A DNA stretch of 64,000 bases from Haliotis cracherodii. Taxonomy: Eukaryota. The notes below the pieces were generated by a model. The model was not told where the DNA came from. It did not search any database and was given only the letters and a program-made list of their open reading frames with translations. Each line of letters begins with the position of its first letter. Positions within the stretch are counted from its first letter, which is position 1. Shown piece after piece: positions 20,901 to 33,088 of this stretch. Location of the stretch: positions 26,784,001-26,848,000 of the forward strand of contig NW_027266319.1 in the NCBI RefSeq assembly GCF_022045235.1, given 5' to 3'. Made by a program: the position numbers and the translations under genes.

Positions 20901-22590
20901 CCCATTGGGGATGGCAGCAGCAAGCAGATATAACACACACACATTAGCCAGCATGAATAGCAGGTTGACCCCACGCAGAACGAGGGTGGAGCAGACACTA
21001 GCCGGGGGCACCTGCAGCAGCCGCGCCATGGGGACCAGCACCCCTGCAGACATCAGGTACAGTCCCGGCAGGGTGGTGATCATTGGGTCCCACTGGAACA
21101 TACACAACCACTGAAAAATAGGCAACTAATGAAACATACACAACCAATGAAAATATACTTCTTTCTGTTATTGACCCATATGTCTGTTTGTTTACTCAGC
21201 AATATGCCAGCCATATGACGGCAGTTTGTAAATAATCGAGTCTGGACCAGACAATCCAGTGATTGATATCATGAGCATCGATCTATGCAATTGGGATACG
21301 ATGACATGGATCAACCAAGTCAGCGAGCCTGACCACCTGATACCGTTAGTCCCATCTTACAACAAGCATAGACCTATTCTAACATGGGACTGGCCTATAA
21401 ATAATTGAATCTGAATCAGACAATCAAGTGATTGATATTGTGAACAGTGTTCCATGCATCACGGTATGAGGACACACAATCAACCATGTCACCGAGCCTG
21501 ACCACCTGATCCATTTGGTCACCTCTTATAACCTGCAGGTTACTGGGGATTTATTCTTACTCGTAATCGCCTAAGGATTTCTGATTATTAATCTTGCAAT
21601 CAAATGCATGAAAACTGTCATATTTGATATTTATTGGGAAATGAAGAGCTTTGTAACAACTTCAGAGGATACATATAGTGAGTGAGTCAGCAATATTTCA
21701 GCTATATCATCATGTCTGGAATTCATCAATTTTGGGTGAGACAAACAAGTGGTTGATATCATGAGCATAATTCTTAACAGTCAGGGGTTCAGAATCCTAG
21801 GGGTAAACAAACTGAAGCATTGAGCAGGGTGCATTTGGGACCAAAATAACACTTGCACTTTTGAGATGTTAATGCAATTTGAATTTTTAACTCACACTCA
21901 GTAATATTCCAGCATTTGACGGGGGTCTGTAAACAATCAAGTCTGGACCAGACAATCTAGTGATTGATATCATGAGCATCGATCCACGCAATCGGAATCG
22001 ATGACATGCATCAACCAAGTCAGCAAGCCTGACCACCCGTTCCCGTTTGTTGCCTCCAGTGAGGCGACAGAATGAAACATTAACCAACATAGATATTCAA
22101 ATATAAAATATAACGAAAATGTGTTGGATGATTGAATGTCGAATATGTGTAAATGGTATAGTCGGTGAGAGTAAGCTAGTGAGAATGTTGAAATAAATGT
22201 GTATGAATCTGAGATTGTTGTGTATTCTTGTGGAAGTGTTACAAGATGAGAAGTAAACTACTGTCACAAAAGCGTTTCTGTGTCTCGTATCATGATACAC
22301 ATATCATATGTGGTGCCGTCCCCTGCGACAATCTCTGGTTACAGGAAGTGTTTGAGCCGTTTTGACGTGTTGATGGGTGCCGTTTCAGTGCTATTGTATC
22401 TCAGTCGATGTTGAATCGATAAGGTAACTTCAGATCGCACCTCTGATAGATTCCCATGACAATATTGTTGTGCTTGGGGAATATGAAAAATCTCGTCCAT
22501 ATAAGGTTTTCCTTGTACTTCATTGATGACTTTCAAGACCGTTATTCCGCAGGCTGCATAGAGCAGCAACCCAACTGTAAATGCAATCAT
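17922..22590 (-). CDS. ALG10: Dol-P-Glc:Glc2Man9GlcNAc2-PP-Dol alpha-1,2-glucosyltransferase, about 475 aa; exons 22590-22441, 21092-20892, 18998-17922
   Basis: Signature motifs PYMDEIFHIPQAQQYC, WDPMITTLPGLY, FLYYTD, RQTNIIW, GIVVGDRSHH, YLLADNRHYPFY, VPQKLLEFRYF and terminal QRFMW. Two phase-0 GT-AG introns. Confidence 0.96.
19230..19497 (-). mobile_element. Meta/MESC-domain tRNA SINE (family D)
   Basis: Reverse complement matches 59899-60215 (GTCATACCAAAAGACGTTAAAAGATG core). Confidence 0.8.
19846..20345. repeat. 63-bp minisatellite in ALG10 intron 2, about 8 units
   Basis: Unit CCTGAATCAAGGCTAGAACTACAGCACACTATTACAACCTGCATCAAGGACAGGTAAGGAGGA. Confidence 0.92.
20430..20592 (-). mobile_element. 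SINE family C within a (GTA)n-rich tract
   Basis: tRNA-Asp-like head (TTCGCTCGTCACGC...GGTTCGATTCCC) and family tail. Confidence 0.85.
21185..21560 (-). mobile_element. Two adjacent family A copies in ALG10 intron 1
   Basis: TCTGGACCAGACAATCCAGTGATTGA...GAGCCTGACCACC body occurs twice. Confidence 0.8.
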
Positions 22591-23032
22591 CCTCAAGCCG
22601 CTTCCACGTCTTGAGGGCACATACGATTAGAGTAATCCGCCCCTAGTTTCCCACACGCCCCGCTAGGAAGACTGTACTGTAGACAGGCACCCAGTCCAAG
22701 CTACACTGCCGTGAGCTCCGGTATATTAGGAGTTGCGCCATGAAACTGTCACGACTTTTTTTCTTACGGAACTTACTGTCTCCTTTATAATTTATTAAAG
22801 GGTTCTGGCCATAACTACAATAATTTATTTGCGTCCAAGGATATATGATTACATGTAAAACATATAGGAAGCACAGTCTGCCAGTCGTTCTGTGTCAAAA
22901 CACTTATGTATTCTTGAATTATTCTCTTTAGTGAACAGTATACATCCATATCCGACTTGCATCTACCCGAGCCTTATTTTAAATGGTTGGTTATTGACAG
23001 AACACACATTTGGTTTGCCGGATGCGGAGTCG

Positions 23033-23492
23033 GTTAAGTGGTATTCCACATGTCGATACCTGTTAAGTGGTATTCCGAATGTCGATATCTGTTAAGTGGT
23101 ATTCCGCATGTCGATACCTGTTAAGTGGTATTCCGCATGGCGATACCTGTTAAGTGGTACTCCGCATGCATGTCGATACCTGTTAAGTGGTATTCCGAAT
23201 GTCGATACCTGTTAAGTGGTATTCCGAATGTCGATACCTGTTAAGGGGTATTCCGCATGTCGATACCTGTTAAGGAGTATTCCGCATGTAAATACCTGTT
23301 AAGTGGTATTCCGCATGTCGATACCTGATAAGTGGTATTCCGAATGTCGATACCTGTTAAGTGGTATTCCGCATGTCGATACCTGTTAAGGGGTATTCCG
23401 CATGTCGATACCTGTTAAGGGGTATTCCGCATGTCGATACCTGTTAAGTGGTATTCCGAATGTCGATACCTGTTAAGTGGTACTCCGAATGT
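23033..23492. repeat. 29-bp minisatellite, about 16 units, upstream of ALG10
   Basis: Unit GTTAAGTGGTATTCCGCATGTCGATACCT. Confidence 0.95.
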
Positions 23493-24154
23493 CGTAGTGC
23501 AGCACGCTGGATGCCATCAAATGTTGGCAATATGTCAATGTTGAAATGTATTTTCATCTTTTATTTTCTTGCAAAGAGTGACAAATCAATGACATATTTA
23601 GCCCTAATTGAGCTAATATGCACGCATGGTCATGCATTCTGTGTGAAAATCCAAGTCGAATTTACTTGTACCAGCATTGTACACTGATCGATATGACTCA
23701 AGCGTTATGTAATTGGATGCCAAGACAAATTAAGGGGTTGCCTAGTGAAACAGGGATGAGGGGCGTACGCGACCTCCGAACATGTTATACGCTGACCTTT
23801 CTTGGCCAAACAAAAAATAGCAGACAATGGGCTGTGGGGGAGGAGGCTTTACGAGATCCGCCCTTAGATTTCATTGATACATTGTACAGGAGTAAAATAA
23901 CATGGAAGTATTTCCAACAAATACGTGAGAAGGTTTATAACAAGGTACAATTGTAATGTACATAATTATGTTAACATTTGTTTATGACAATTTCTAGTTT
24001 ATTTGTTGGTTACTTTAAACAAAAAAAATATATACTTCCACCTGCATTGGGGTATTCGTGTTTCTTTTTGATCATTAAATAAGGAGAGAAACGGGTTCAC
24101 GTTGAATTTGCCACAGAAACAAATACCAGTAAAGGATTCACTATAAATATGTAT

Positions 24155-24405
24155 GTTTTTTGCTTAACGCTGCACTCAGCAATATTCCAGCTGTATGACG
24201 GCGACCTGCAAATAATCGACTCCAGACCAGAGTGATCATGAGCATCGATGTACACTATTGGGATACGGTGACATGCATCAACGTTAACCAAGTCAGCGAC
24301 CCTGACCACCCGATCCCGTTAGTCACCTCTTACTACAAACAAAGTCGCCTTTTACGATAAGCATTGGTTGCTGGTGACTTATTCTCTACCCGTATCTTCA
24401 CGGGT
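24155..24405 (-). mobile_element. Retroposon family A
   Basis: Ends TCTTCACGGGT (element 5' end); duplicated hairpin present. Confidence 0.85.
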
Positions 24406-24639
24406 CATATTAAGGTAGTTTCGAAAACCTATTTTTTGGTGTTGTCGAATGTTGAGTAAATTGTAAGTGTCCAATAGCAAGTAGTTTGAGGAGTATGACC
24501 AGACAGAAAACAATACATTTGTCAAGCATACAACAAGGAGTGTATATCCTGTTTGTGTTAAGTTTATATGCAGACGCTCCATCATTTACTTATTTTACTC
24601 AGAGACCATATACCGGAATATGGTCTCTGTTTTACTATA

Positions 24640-25640
24640 CAAGCGGTGTGTGATTTTTTCTGAGACTCACATAGAAAGACTTGACAAAACAACTTATTTA
24701 TTTTTAAACATAGTCCCCTTCCAAACTGATACACGTCAACTGACAACGGCGTTGCAATGATTTTATCCCAGTTTCATGGAAGTCCTTCTCTTGGATGAAA
24801 AAAACGTTCTCCCAGCTGCTATGACGTCATCGTTCGAGTCGAAATGGGTTCCGGTTAGAACTTTCTTTTGCTTGGGAACATATGGATGACTGACGGAGCC
24901 AGATCAGGAGAATCATCTAGATGCTGAAGGTGTTCAAAGCCACACTCGTGGCTTGTAGACATCTCTTAGTCTTAATTTAATCCCCTAATTGCCTAAAAAG
25001 CGCAGACTAATATGCCCCGTTGTCAGGCGTTTTGGAAGATATTCTACAATTATATACCACCACGATATTCTACAATGATATTCTACAATCATGACACCCT
25101 CGGCAATCCAGAAGCATACTAGCTGACGTGACAGTCTTTGCTTTCTTTGGTGGTGGTGATGTCATGCGAATGCATCCTCTGTTTTCATTGTTGTTTGTTC
25201 CCAGGTTTCTAACATAGATCCACATAGATCCTTGTATTTATTAAAGAACATTTCTGGATCGGTATATATAAGATATTGTTCTGGGTCACAACTTCTTTAT
25301 TCTGTTATGATGCGACGTTCCGGTATAGATCCTTACACCGCTGTCAAGCACGAGTGAACGTCATAAGGATCTATACCGGAACATCCCATCATAATATAAT
25401 AAAGAAGTTGTCGTCCATAAAAAAAGATATCTCGTCTTTACTGTTACTTACCAACTTCTAAAAATGCCAATCCGCTTTAACCAGAGCTAGAATACCACGA
25501 GACATGCATTTTGTGCGTTTTTGATCAGATGTCAGAATTAAGCTTTGGAACATGAGCTGACATTTTCTTCGTTGCCATTCTCTGGATAATTTCCGGTATT
25601 TCTGACGTGACCGGTCTTCCAGGGTAGGGATCGTCTTCAA
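24640..25640 (-). mobile_element. Decayed mariner (DD34D-type) transposase remnant, interrupted by a Penelope-type fragment
   Basis: Minus-strand peptides KMSAHVPKL / LTSDQKRT, SPPPKKAKTVTSA, GFEHLQH..SPDLAPS, THFDSNDDVIAA and CISLEGDYV, with frameshifts and stops. Confidence 0.8.
25285..25440. mobile_element. Inverted pair of Penelope-type fragments carrying a decayed UUGACA-type hammerhead
   Basis: Minus strand GC TTGACAG C GGTGTAAGGATCTATACC GGAA CGTC GC ATCATAACAGAATAAAGAAGTTG, abutting a plus-strand partial copy at about 25362-25410. Confidence 0.65.
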
Positions 25641-26520
25641 TTTAAGGCCCCCACTGTCAGCTACCCCTCGTCTCCCTTTTATTTTTAGGCGCTTACGGCG
25701 AATATGGTACGTTACTAAAGATATGTTGTTGTTTTTTAATGTGATGTTTCACTGATCCTTATATCAACAGTGGTCTATTTTGACCAGATTTATGGGCTGT
25801 CATGACCAAATCAGTTAGGCCGTTTTGGCACTGCTCCATATTGTGATTTGCATCTGAATTTAGCACTTTATCCCATGCCAGTTTGCTTTACAAAGACTGG
25901 TAAAATATAAGCTTTTTCTGCAAGTACTTGATCACTGAACGTCCCTCGACGTTTGTCGATTTGCCAAAGGCCACAGACCCTATAACTTTACTGACTTTGT
26001 CACAGCGGTAAAATTTGCTCAGTTGACTCAAGTTTTGTGGATATAGCTCCATGACATCATGTTATGTCCACACAAAACATATCACTAATATTACGCAATT
26101 CCGTCTATGTGAAGTTCAGAAGTAACTGTTATCGTAACGATCACATTAACAGTTAACGGGCGGTAGCTTGAGGCGGTTTGCGCGGCGTGCTTAACGCAAA
26201 ACCAGTTTTGTTGAACCCAAACAAAACATTACTGGTGATAATGTCTAGAATGCGCGATCACCTCTGTGTCTAGCTAACCATACGTCGAGCGATTAGGATC
26301 CCAGTCTTGCTGTTCTTCGATACCGGTTACTACCCCTTTTTCTTGTGTTGGAATGTCAGGCTTGCAGTTGCACACGTTCTTGTGATTAGGCGACTGTATG
26401 ATCGAGGGTGTTCCATAGCTGACATAAATCGATGTTCCTTGTGGCTTCAGTCGAATAAAGTTGGCTATTTATTCGACACTTTTAAAATTCAGATTTAGGT
26501 GTGAACGATATCTGTCATCG

Positions 26521-29500
26521 ATGTCTGCCACATCTGCATCTGTTAGCGAGAATACGCGTGATCTCGAGGAAGGGAAAATGGCGAAGACGGGTAAGAAAAG
26601 TTGCAAAAATTTAGCCTTTTACAACAACCTACGGACTGCAACATTATTTCATAACATGACAAGTGTTTCAAAGTTAAGCTATAGTCATTTTGTAATTTTG
26701 TGTAAAAATGGGCAGTACGTTCAATGTTTTGCTTGTTGTTTTTCAAATGACTAGTGTTTCGCCGGTCAACAGGATAGGCCTAGGCTAGTTTGGCCTATTG
26801 ATTTTCGAAATGCCACATTGCAATTGAGATTTTCTGACACGTATGCGGGAGATAACATGGACATTGTTTCCATTGTTGCATACACGCATAAAACGACTTG
26901 CGAGTATGCAAAGGTTGTCGTCAGGTCATTCTGTGTTCTTTTTCTTCAAACGGAGACATATTAGATCATATTACGGACAAAACTGGTTCAGATGTAAAAC
27001 TTTAAAGAGCCAACCAAGAACGCCATAAGGATCTATGAAAACAATCAATACTAACTTATGAAGTCATATCGTTATGTTAGATATGCATAGATACACAATA
27101 CTATATTTGTTGTATTATTGGTAATGAAATATTGTTGGTTTTATTCTTCTATTTTAGTCAAACATTAAACGCTCTGTTGCCATGGCTACTCGTTTGTAGT
27201 CATTATGTAAAGTTTATTGTAACATTTATCTGCATTTCTAATCCAAAGATGATGGCTGTAGTAATGAGTTGTTACTGTTATTATTAGTCTGGACTGTTCA
27301 TGGCATGATTAACGTTTGGCATACAAGCAAAAACATCTGAACATGCTGATATTGGAAGACAAGCTAAAACACCTCAATGTTCTCACATAATAAAAACACA
27401 TTAACATTAGCAAAATTATAATAATTTCTTGCAATATATTGAAATGACGCTGAAAACTTAAACAACAAAAAGCAATCATGATTTAGGGATAGTTTAATTC
27501 AACAATGTTTATTAGTTCATTTATTATCATACAGTTACTTTTAAAGTATATTTTAAATCAGAGCTTTTTCTTTCATCATTTACACATGGCACATACCTTA
27601 AGACAAAAAAAACCCCAGAAAATTGCAATACACTTCAGGGTTCCATGCCACTTGCTTCAATACAAGAAAATAAATTGGCATTGTTTTATCCATTACAGTG
27701 GAACAACTCAGTACAATGGCTGATGACGTGTCAATCGATTCATATCTGTATATATGCTTTATGTTCATTGCTTTGAGTTGGAGACAAGTGATGATTGTTT
27801 CTACCATGTCTACAGACAACAAGCTTTTTACTCTTGAAATGCTACATTACATTTGGAATTTTCTGCTCCACATGATTCATATGCAGAAGATGACATGAAC
27901 AGTGTTTCTTTTGTTGCATACATGTATGAAAAAGTTTATTTTTGCCTTTGTGCAAGGTTTGTCCTTCTGATCCTATTTCCTGAACAAAGATCTATATTGC
28001 TTTATAAGAGTTGAAGACGCTACACATTGCATATGATATACATATAAAATTCTTATATTTCTTTGTTTGTTTGTCGTTTAATGCCGCACTCAGCAATATT
28101 CCAGCTATATGACGGCGGTCTGTAAATAATCGAGACTGGAGCAGACAATCCAGTGATTGACATCACGAGCATCGATCCATTCAATTGGGATACGATAACA
28201 TGCATCAACCAAGTCAGCGTGCCTGACCACCTGATCCTGTTAGTCGCCTCTTACGACAAGCATGGGGTTGTTGAAGACCTGTTCTACTTATGACTCGGAC
28301 CTATGTTAATATATCCAATGTAACAAATCTGTAATTGGTGATTTCCAGGAAACTCCCAGGAAGTGTTGAAGTACTTCAGTTTAGTGTGCCTGACCCTGCA
28401 GAATGCTCTGCTCATCCTTGTCATGCGCTACGTGCGTACACGTGAAGGAGACATGTTTATGGCCACCACTGCTGTCATCCTTTCTGAGGTACTCAAGTTC
28501 TCGTCCTGTTTGCTCCTCATCCTCTTCCAAGAAGGCAGCTTGAAACGCTTCCTGCAACGTCTCCACGAAGACATCTTCCAGCAGCCGCTTGACTGCCTCA
28601 AAGTGTCTGTGCCTTCATTCATATATACACTGCAGAATAATTTGCTTTATGTGGCTGTGTCAAATTTGGATGCTGCAACTTTTCAGGTAAATGGACGTTA
28701 TTATCATCATTATTGTTTAATCCTTAATGGGATTCTTTAGTTGACAGACAGATGTTAGTCTGTGGATTGTCAGGTGTGTGGATGTAGTTTTTTATATATT
28801 TTTAATATTAGGTTGCATTATGTGATCATGACTTAAGAGCCAAGTGATAGATGTTATTTTGTATGCAAATAATTCTGGAAGAGTTTTTTGGTGTTAGTCA
28901 TTTTCACTTTGAAAACAACACCAAATCGGTTAATTATGGAATTGTTAATCCTTTTAACTTCCCTTGATGATGATCTGTGTACCTATTAACTCTCAAGTGT
29001 ATGAAAGTACAGAATGCTTAAAAAAGGGGGATGGATGCAGCCATCTGTGCCCTAAACATTTGAGACTACAGTGTTCCCTCGCTATTGCACTCTTCAATAT
29101 TGCGCTAACTCGGTTATCATGGTTATAGCGCGGTAAAGCATGGCTCCCAAAATATATTTACATTTTTAATTTTTTAATAAGCTCTAGTTTTCTAGTGACA
29201 CAATGTTTTTCCCATCTCAAATAACATTGTCAGCTGATCACCGTGATCACATAACACCGGAAACACCAGTCAACAAATCTGAACTGAAGTACGCAATTTA
29301 ATCCCATTATTATACTATCTGGTTATAACAAAGTGTACAAATTTGTTTATCTGGACGTATGTTTGTAATATATTTTATTAATTTTATTCAAAATTTCATT
29401 CAATAATATTTACATTAGTTTTGGCAAAATCGTGTGTGAAGTGATTGGTAGATGGCACAACTCACCGTTATTTACAGCAACCACGGTCAGAATACCGCTA

Positions 29501-32500
29501 CTGATGCCTTCAAAGGAACTTTAGTTGCAAGATACATTTATCATAATTCCATACTAACACGATGGAATGATAAAATGATTATTTTAGATACAATTTCTTC
29601 TGATCATTGCATCAAAATTCTTTGAAGTTGTATCATTGGGTTCTTTTTAACTGAATCACCGGTAGATTGTGAGGAAATGTAGCATTGTAGCGAGGGATCA
29701 CTGTGTAATGTACATATGTTGAGTATATCTGTTTTATAGAACATCCTGTTACTTCTTATCTTGTTTGCCCCTGTAAAACCTTTCTGATCTAATGTAACAA
29801 TCCAGAAAACTTTAGGTGATCTACTGCCAACACAAAAATGACAGAGACAGAGTGTTTCAATTTGTAATTTGTCCTCAGATAACTAAAATTCAATATTTTT
29901 TAGGCTTATCCTATCTTACACTATGCATTTCTTCCTTATTCTTTCGATCCTTCTGTTGAAACGTGCTTGAACAAAGTTTCCAGCTTCTAGAAACAATTCA
30001 CCCAAACACATCTCAGCATCACCATGGTCACCACCCAAACAAATGGGTCACACACATGGGTAATCCTGTGCATATCGACCTGCACGATATGATCACATGA
30101 CTACCTCTGCCACATCAATCTCTTCCTCTAACCGTAATACTGATCGGCGGTCTAAATCTAAGGATGCAAAATATAGGCTTTCCTCTGCTGAGAACTCGAA
30201 CGTGTTACCGAGTTGGCTGTTTCTTCCACCATAACAGCTGTAAAACCACCTCTAAAGCCAACACGGAAGTCTTCTGTGCCACAGTCTCCTTTTGGCCCCG
30301 CTTGACTATCCTGTGGGCCTACACCTTTGCAGGATTGCCTCCTCCAGTGACATCCAATCCACATGAGCCATCATCTCTACCATGGCCCTGCACAGCAATA
30401 TTTTAGTCTGTCTGCCATTATGGTGGGTTGTTTTTGGAATACCGATACTGTCTTTGTCTCCCACTATCTTCGTGACATCTCAGTCACCAGTGTTCAGGGC
30501 CTCCACCAGCTTGGTGCCTTGGTCCTGGCCCAATGCAAAACAGTGGAGAAAGACAATACTCGTACCTCTTGCTGCAGCCCAGTATTCCGTATCATGCACA
30601 AACATAATAATCATTGGAACATCCTTTCTTTGTTTTTTGTCATTTTCAGGGGTTGATTATTCAGGTTCCTAGACTGAGTTCCCAGTGGAGGGTCAACTAC
30701 CTTTTCTGAAGAGACTCTGGTCTTCAAAGTTGAATTTGCCTCCAGGCACGTCAGTTTCGTCGGTGTCTCGAGCCCTTGCTTACTTATCTCTGCCTTGTGC
30801 ATGTGACATATCGTTTGTTTTTTTTAAATTCTTTTATGGATATTGTCCATTGTTCCTCTTCACTTCTTAGCATGCTTTAATCCCTGGGGCATGATTGATA
30901 GGTTTGACAAAGCGTTAAAAGAGATGCCAAGCTTGACACCCTTTTGTTCGTCTGAGATAGTGGTTTGGCCTGTCTTGAAGAATCAATTGACTGGAGACCC
31001 TTCTGGATTGACTATGTCATATGCTGAATATAACACAATTCACAGCTATGTGCTTGTTCATGAAACTATGACATAATTAAGCAACATGACATATGTTTTA
31101 CATGATTATCCTGTTACATCTGACTAACATATAGGGATCATATTGCCTGTTTTGGTGTGTTTTCGGCTCACGAGTTCTTGTCTAAACGACACTACCGGTA
31201 GGCAGTGTTAAAAAATATTTTATTTGCGTCACTGTTTAGCACCAGCTTCCTCGTGTACGTCTCATGGTTGTAGTCTATTCAGTCTTGGGTATCTGTGCCC
31301 CATCGTCCAACTGGGTAATAACTGCATAGTGTGAGATAAGATAAGTTTAAAAATTTGTAAATTTTAGATTAAATTGTATATTGATATACTTATCGTATCT
31401 CACACAGTATATCACTGGTATATGCCGTCCTGACCATCCCCGCATCAAAGCTCCTCTAACCTGTTAGCTCTAAGAAAGGGAATGATGTGGCAGGGATAGA
31501 TATGATCATATCGTGTAGGTCGCTGTGCACGGGATTACAGTGCGAGACCCAATGACCATTGTGTTGATGGGATGTGTTCAAGTGAATTGCTTTTAGAAGC
31601 TGGAAACTTTGTTCAAACATGTTTCCTCAGAAGGATAGAAAGAAGAAGGAAGAAATGCATTGTGTGAGATAGGATAAGTTTATCAAAATACAATTTAATG
31701 TAAAAGTTACAATTCTTCTTGTTTGGCAGTCCTAACAACACACCAACTCTGGCAAGCCGGATATCGAATTTTCAGCACACTTGCACTGGGCCATGAACAA
31801 TTGCAGTGCATTGTTCTATCCTTCATAATATAACCACAGTCATCATAATAATATACACATGATAGTACAGATATAACTCATATTCTGCCAGTGGCTTACT
31901 TACGAAAATTGAATTGATTAGGCTTAAAAGAATAAAAGAATTTGTTCTTAGCCAATGTCTTTTGAAAATATGGTGAAGGCAGGCGGTGGTTTTCTTCTCT
32001 CTTTTTTTTTGCTTGTTCAAACTAAATTGTAACCAAATAAACAGTTGTGTACCATCAACCTGGGAAAGGGCCTCCCTACATAAACAAGCATACAAACTCC
32101 TATTGCCACCATGACCATAACCTGAGATGCACAGTAAAACAGTGTGCATGTAAAGGGAAGTAACTGCATCCATATTGGATTGCATTGTTTTTAAGTGTTA
32201 GGATTTTTTATTTTTTCTAAAAATGGATATAAAAATGAAACGTGCAGCAGACTTTCTGATGATGCCGGCAGTGCCTGAGAACCAAGACTATTATTTTTCT
32301 AATCATTATGAATCAGAATAAGTTTTGTAACCTTTTTTCATGTTTGCTATGATTGTAACAAAGGGATACTCATCATTTTCATGATGTACTATATTTGCTA
32401 CAGGCTATCCAATATAACTTATAACACTTGCTCCTTACAGGTGACCTACCAGCTGAAGATTTTAACAACCGCCATCTTTTCTGTGTTCATGCTGAAGAAA

Positions 32501-33088
32501 CAACTGAGTAAGCTCCAGTGGATCGCACTGCTCATTCTGTTTGTGGGCGTGTCCATCGTCCAGATGCAGCCCACCGCCGACAAGAAGGACGCGAAAGAGG
32601 AGAAAGTGACCACAGAACAGAATCCAGTCAAAGGTCTCATAGCAGTCATCATATCATGCCTCATGTCAGGGTTTGCCGGTGTATACTTCGAGAAGATTCT
32701 TAAAGGCACGAACCAGTCTGTCTGGCTGAGGAATGTCCAGCTGGGCATGCTGGGCAGTGTCATAGGCGTCATCACCATGTTGATAAAGGATGGAGAGAGT
32801 GTAAAAGAAAAAGGGTTTTTCTTTGGATACGATGGAGTGGTAATGTTTCTTGTATGCCTGCAGTCGTTTGGGGGCCTGCTTGTAGCCGTTGTCGTGAAGT
32901 ATGCAGACAATATTCTGAAAGGTTTCGCCACCTCGGCAGCCATTGTGATATCCTGCATCGCATCCATATACTTCTTCAAGTTCCAGTTATCCATTCAGTT
33001 TGTTGTGGGTGCTTCGTTTGTCATGCTGGCGGTGTATGTCTACAGTAGATTTGTCCCTGCACCACCCAAAGGATCGCAGTCAGCTTAA
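26521..33088 (+). CDS. SLC35A2: UDP-galactose translocator-like nucleotide-sugar transporter (SLC35A family), about 351 aa; exons 26521-26590, 28349-28686, 32441-33088
   Basis: LKYFSLVCLTLQNA, ATTAV..EVLK, VPSFIYTLQNNL, AATFQVTYQLKILTTA, SGFAGVYFEKILK, SVWLRNVQL, GGLLVAVVVKYADNILKGFATS. Intron phases 1 and 0. Closer to A2 than A3 by recalled motifs; exon 1 is less certain. Confidence 0.9.
28060..28290 (-). mobile_element. Retroposon family A in SLC35A2 intron 1
   Basis: Body and tail match; single hairpin. Confidence 0.85.
29069..29703. mobile_element. Non-autonomous pogo/Tigger-like element
   Basis: TIRs CAGTGTTCCCTCGCTA and TAGCGAGGGATCACTG; TA on the left flank, TG on the right. Confidence 0.7.
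29905..31678. mobile_element. Two related non-autonomous DNA elements in opposite orientation (29905-31345 and 31389-31678)
   Basis: Four termini share CTTATC(C/G/T)TATCT(C/T)ACAC; about 250 bp at 29905-30160 is the reverse complement of 31430-31678. Confidence 0.65.

Noticed and set aside
23033-23492. CRISPR-like 29-bp repeats
   Set aside because: Units are contiguous with no unique spacers; eukaryotic context and no cas genes.
27699-27760. Possible extra phase-1 exon in SLC35A2 intron 1 (VEQLSTMADD...)
   Set aside because: There is a good acceptor but no convincing donor, and the gene is complete without it.
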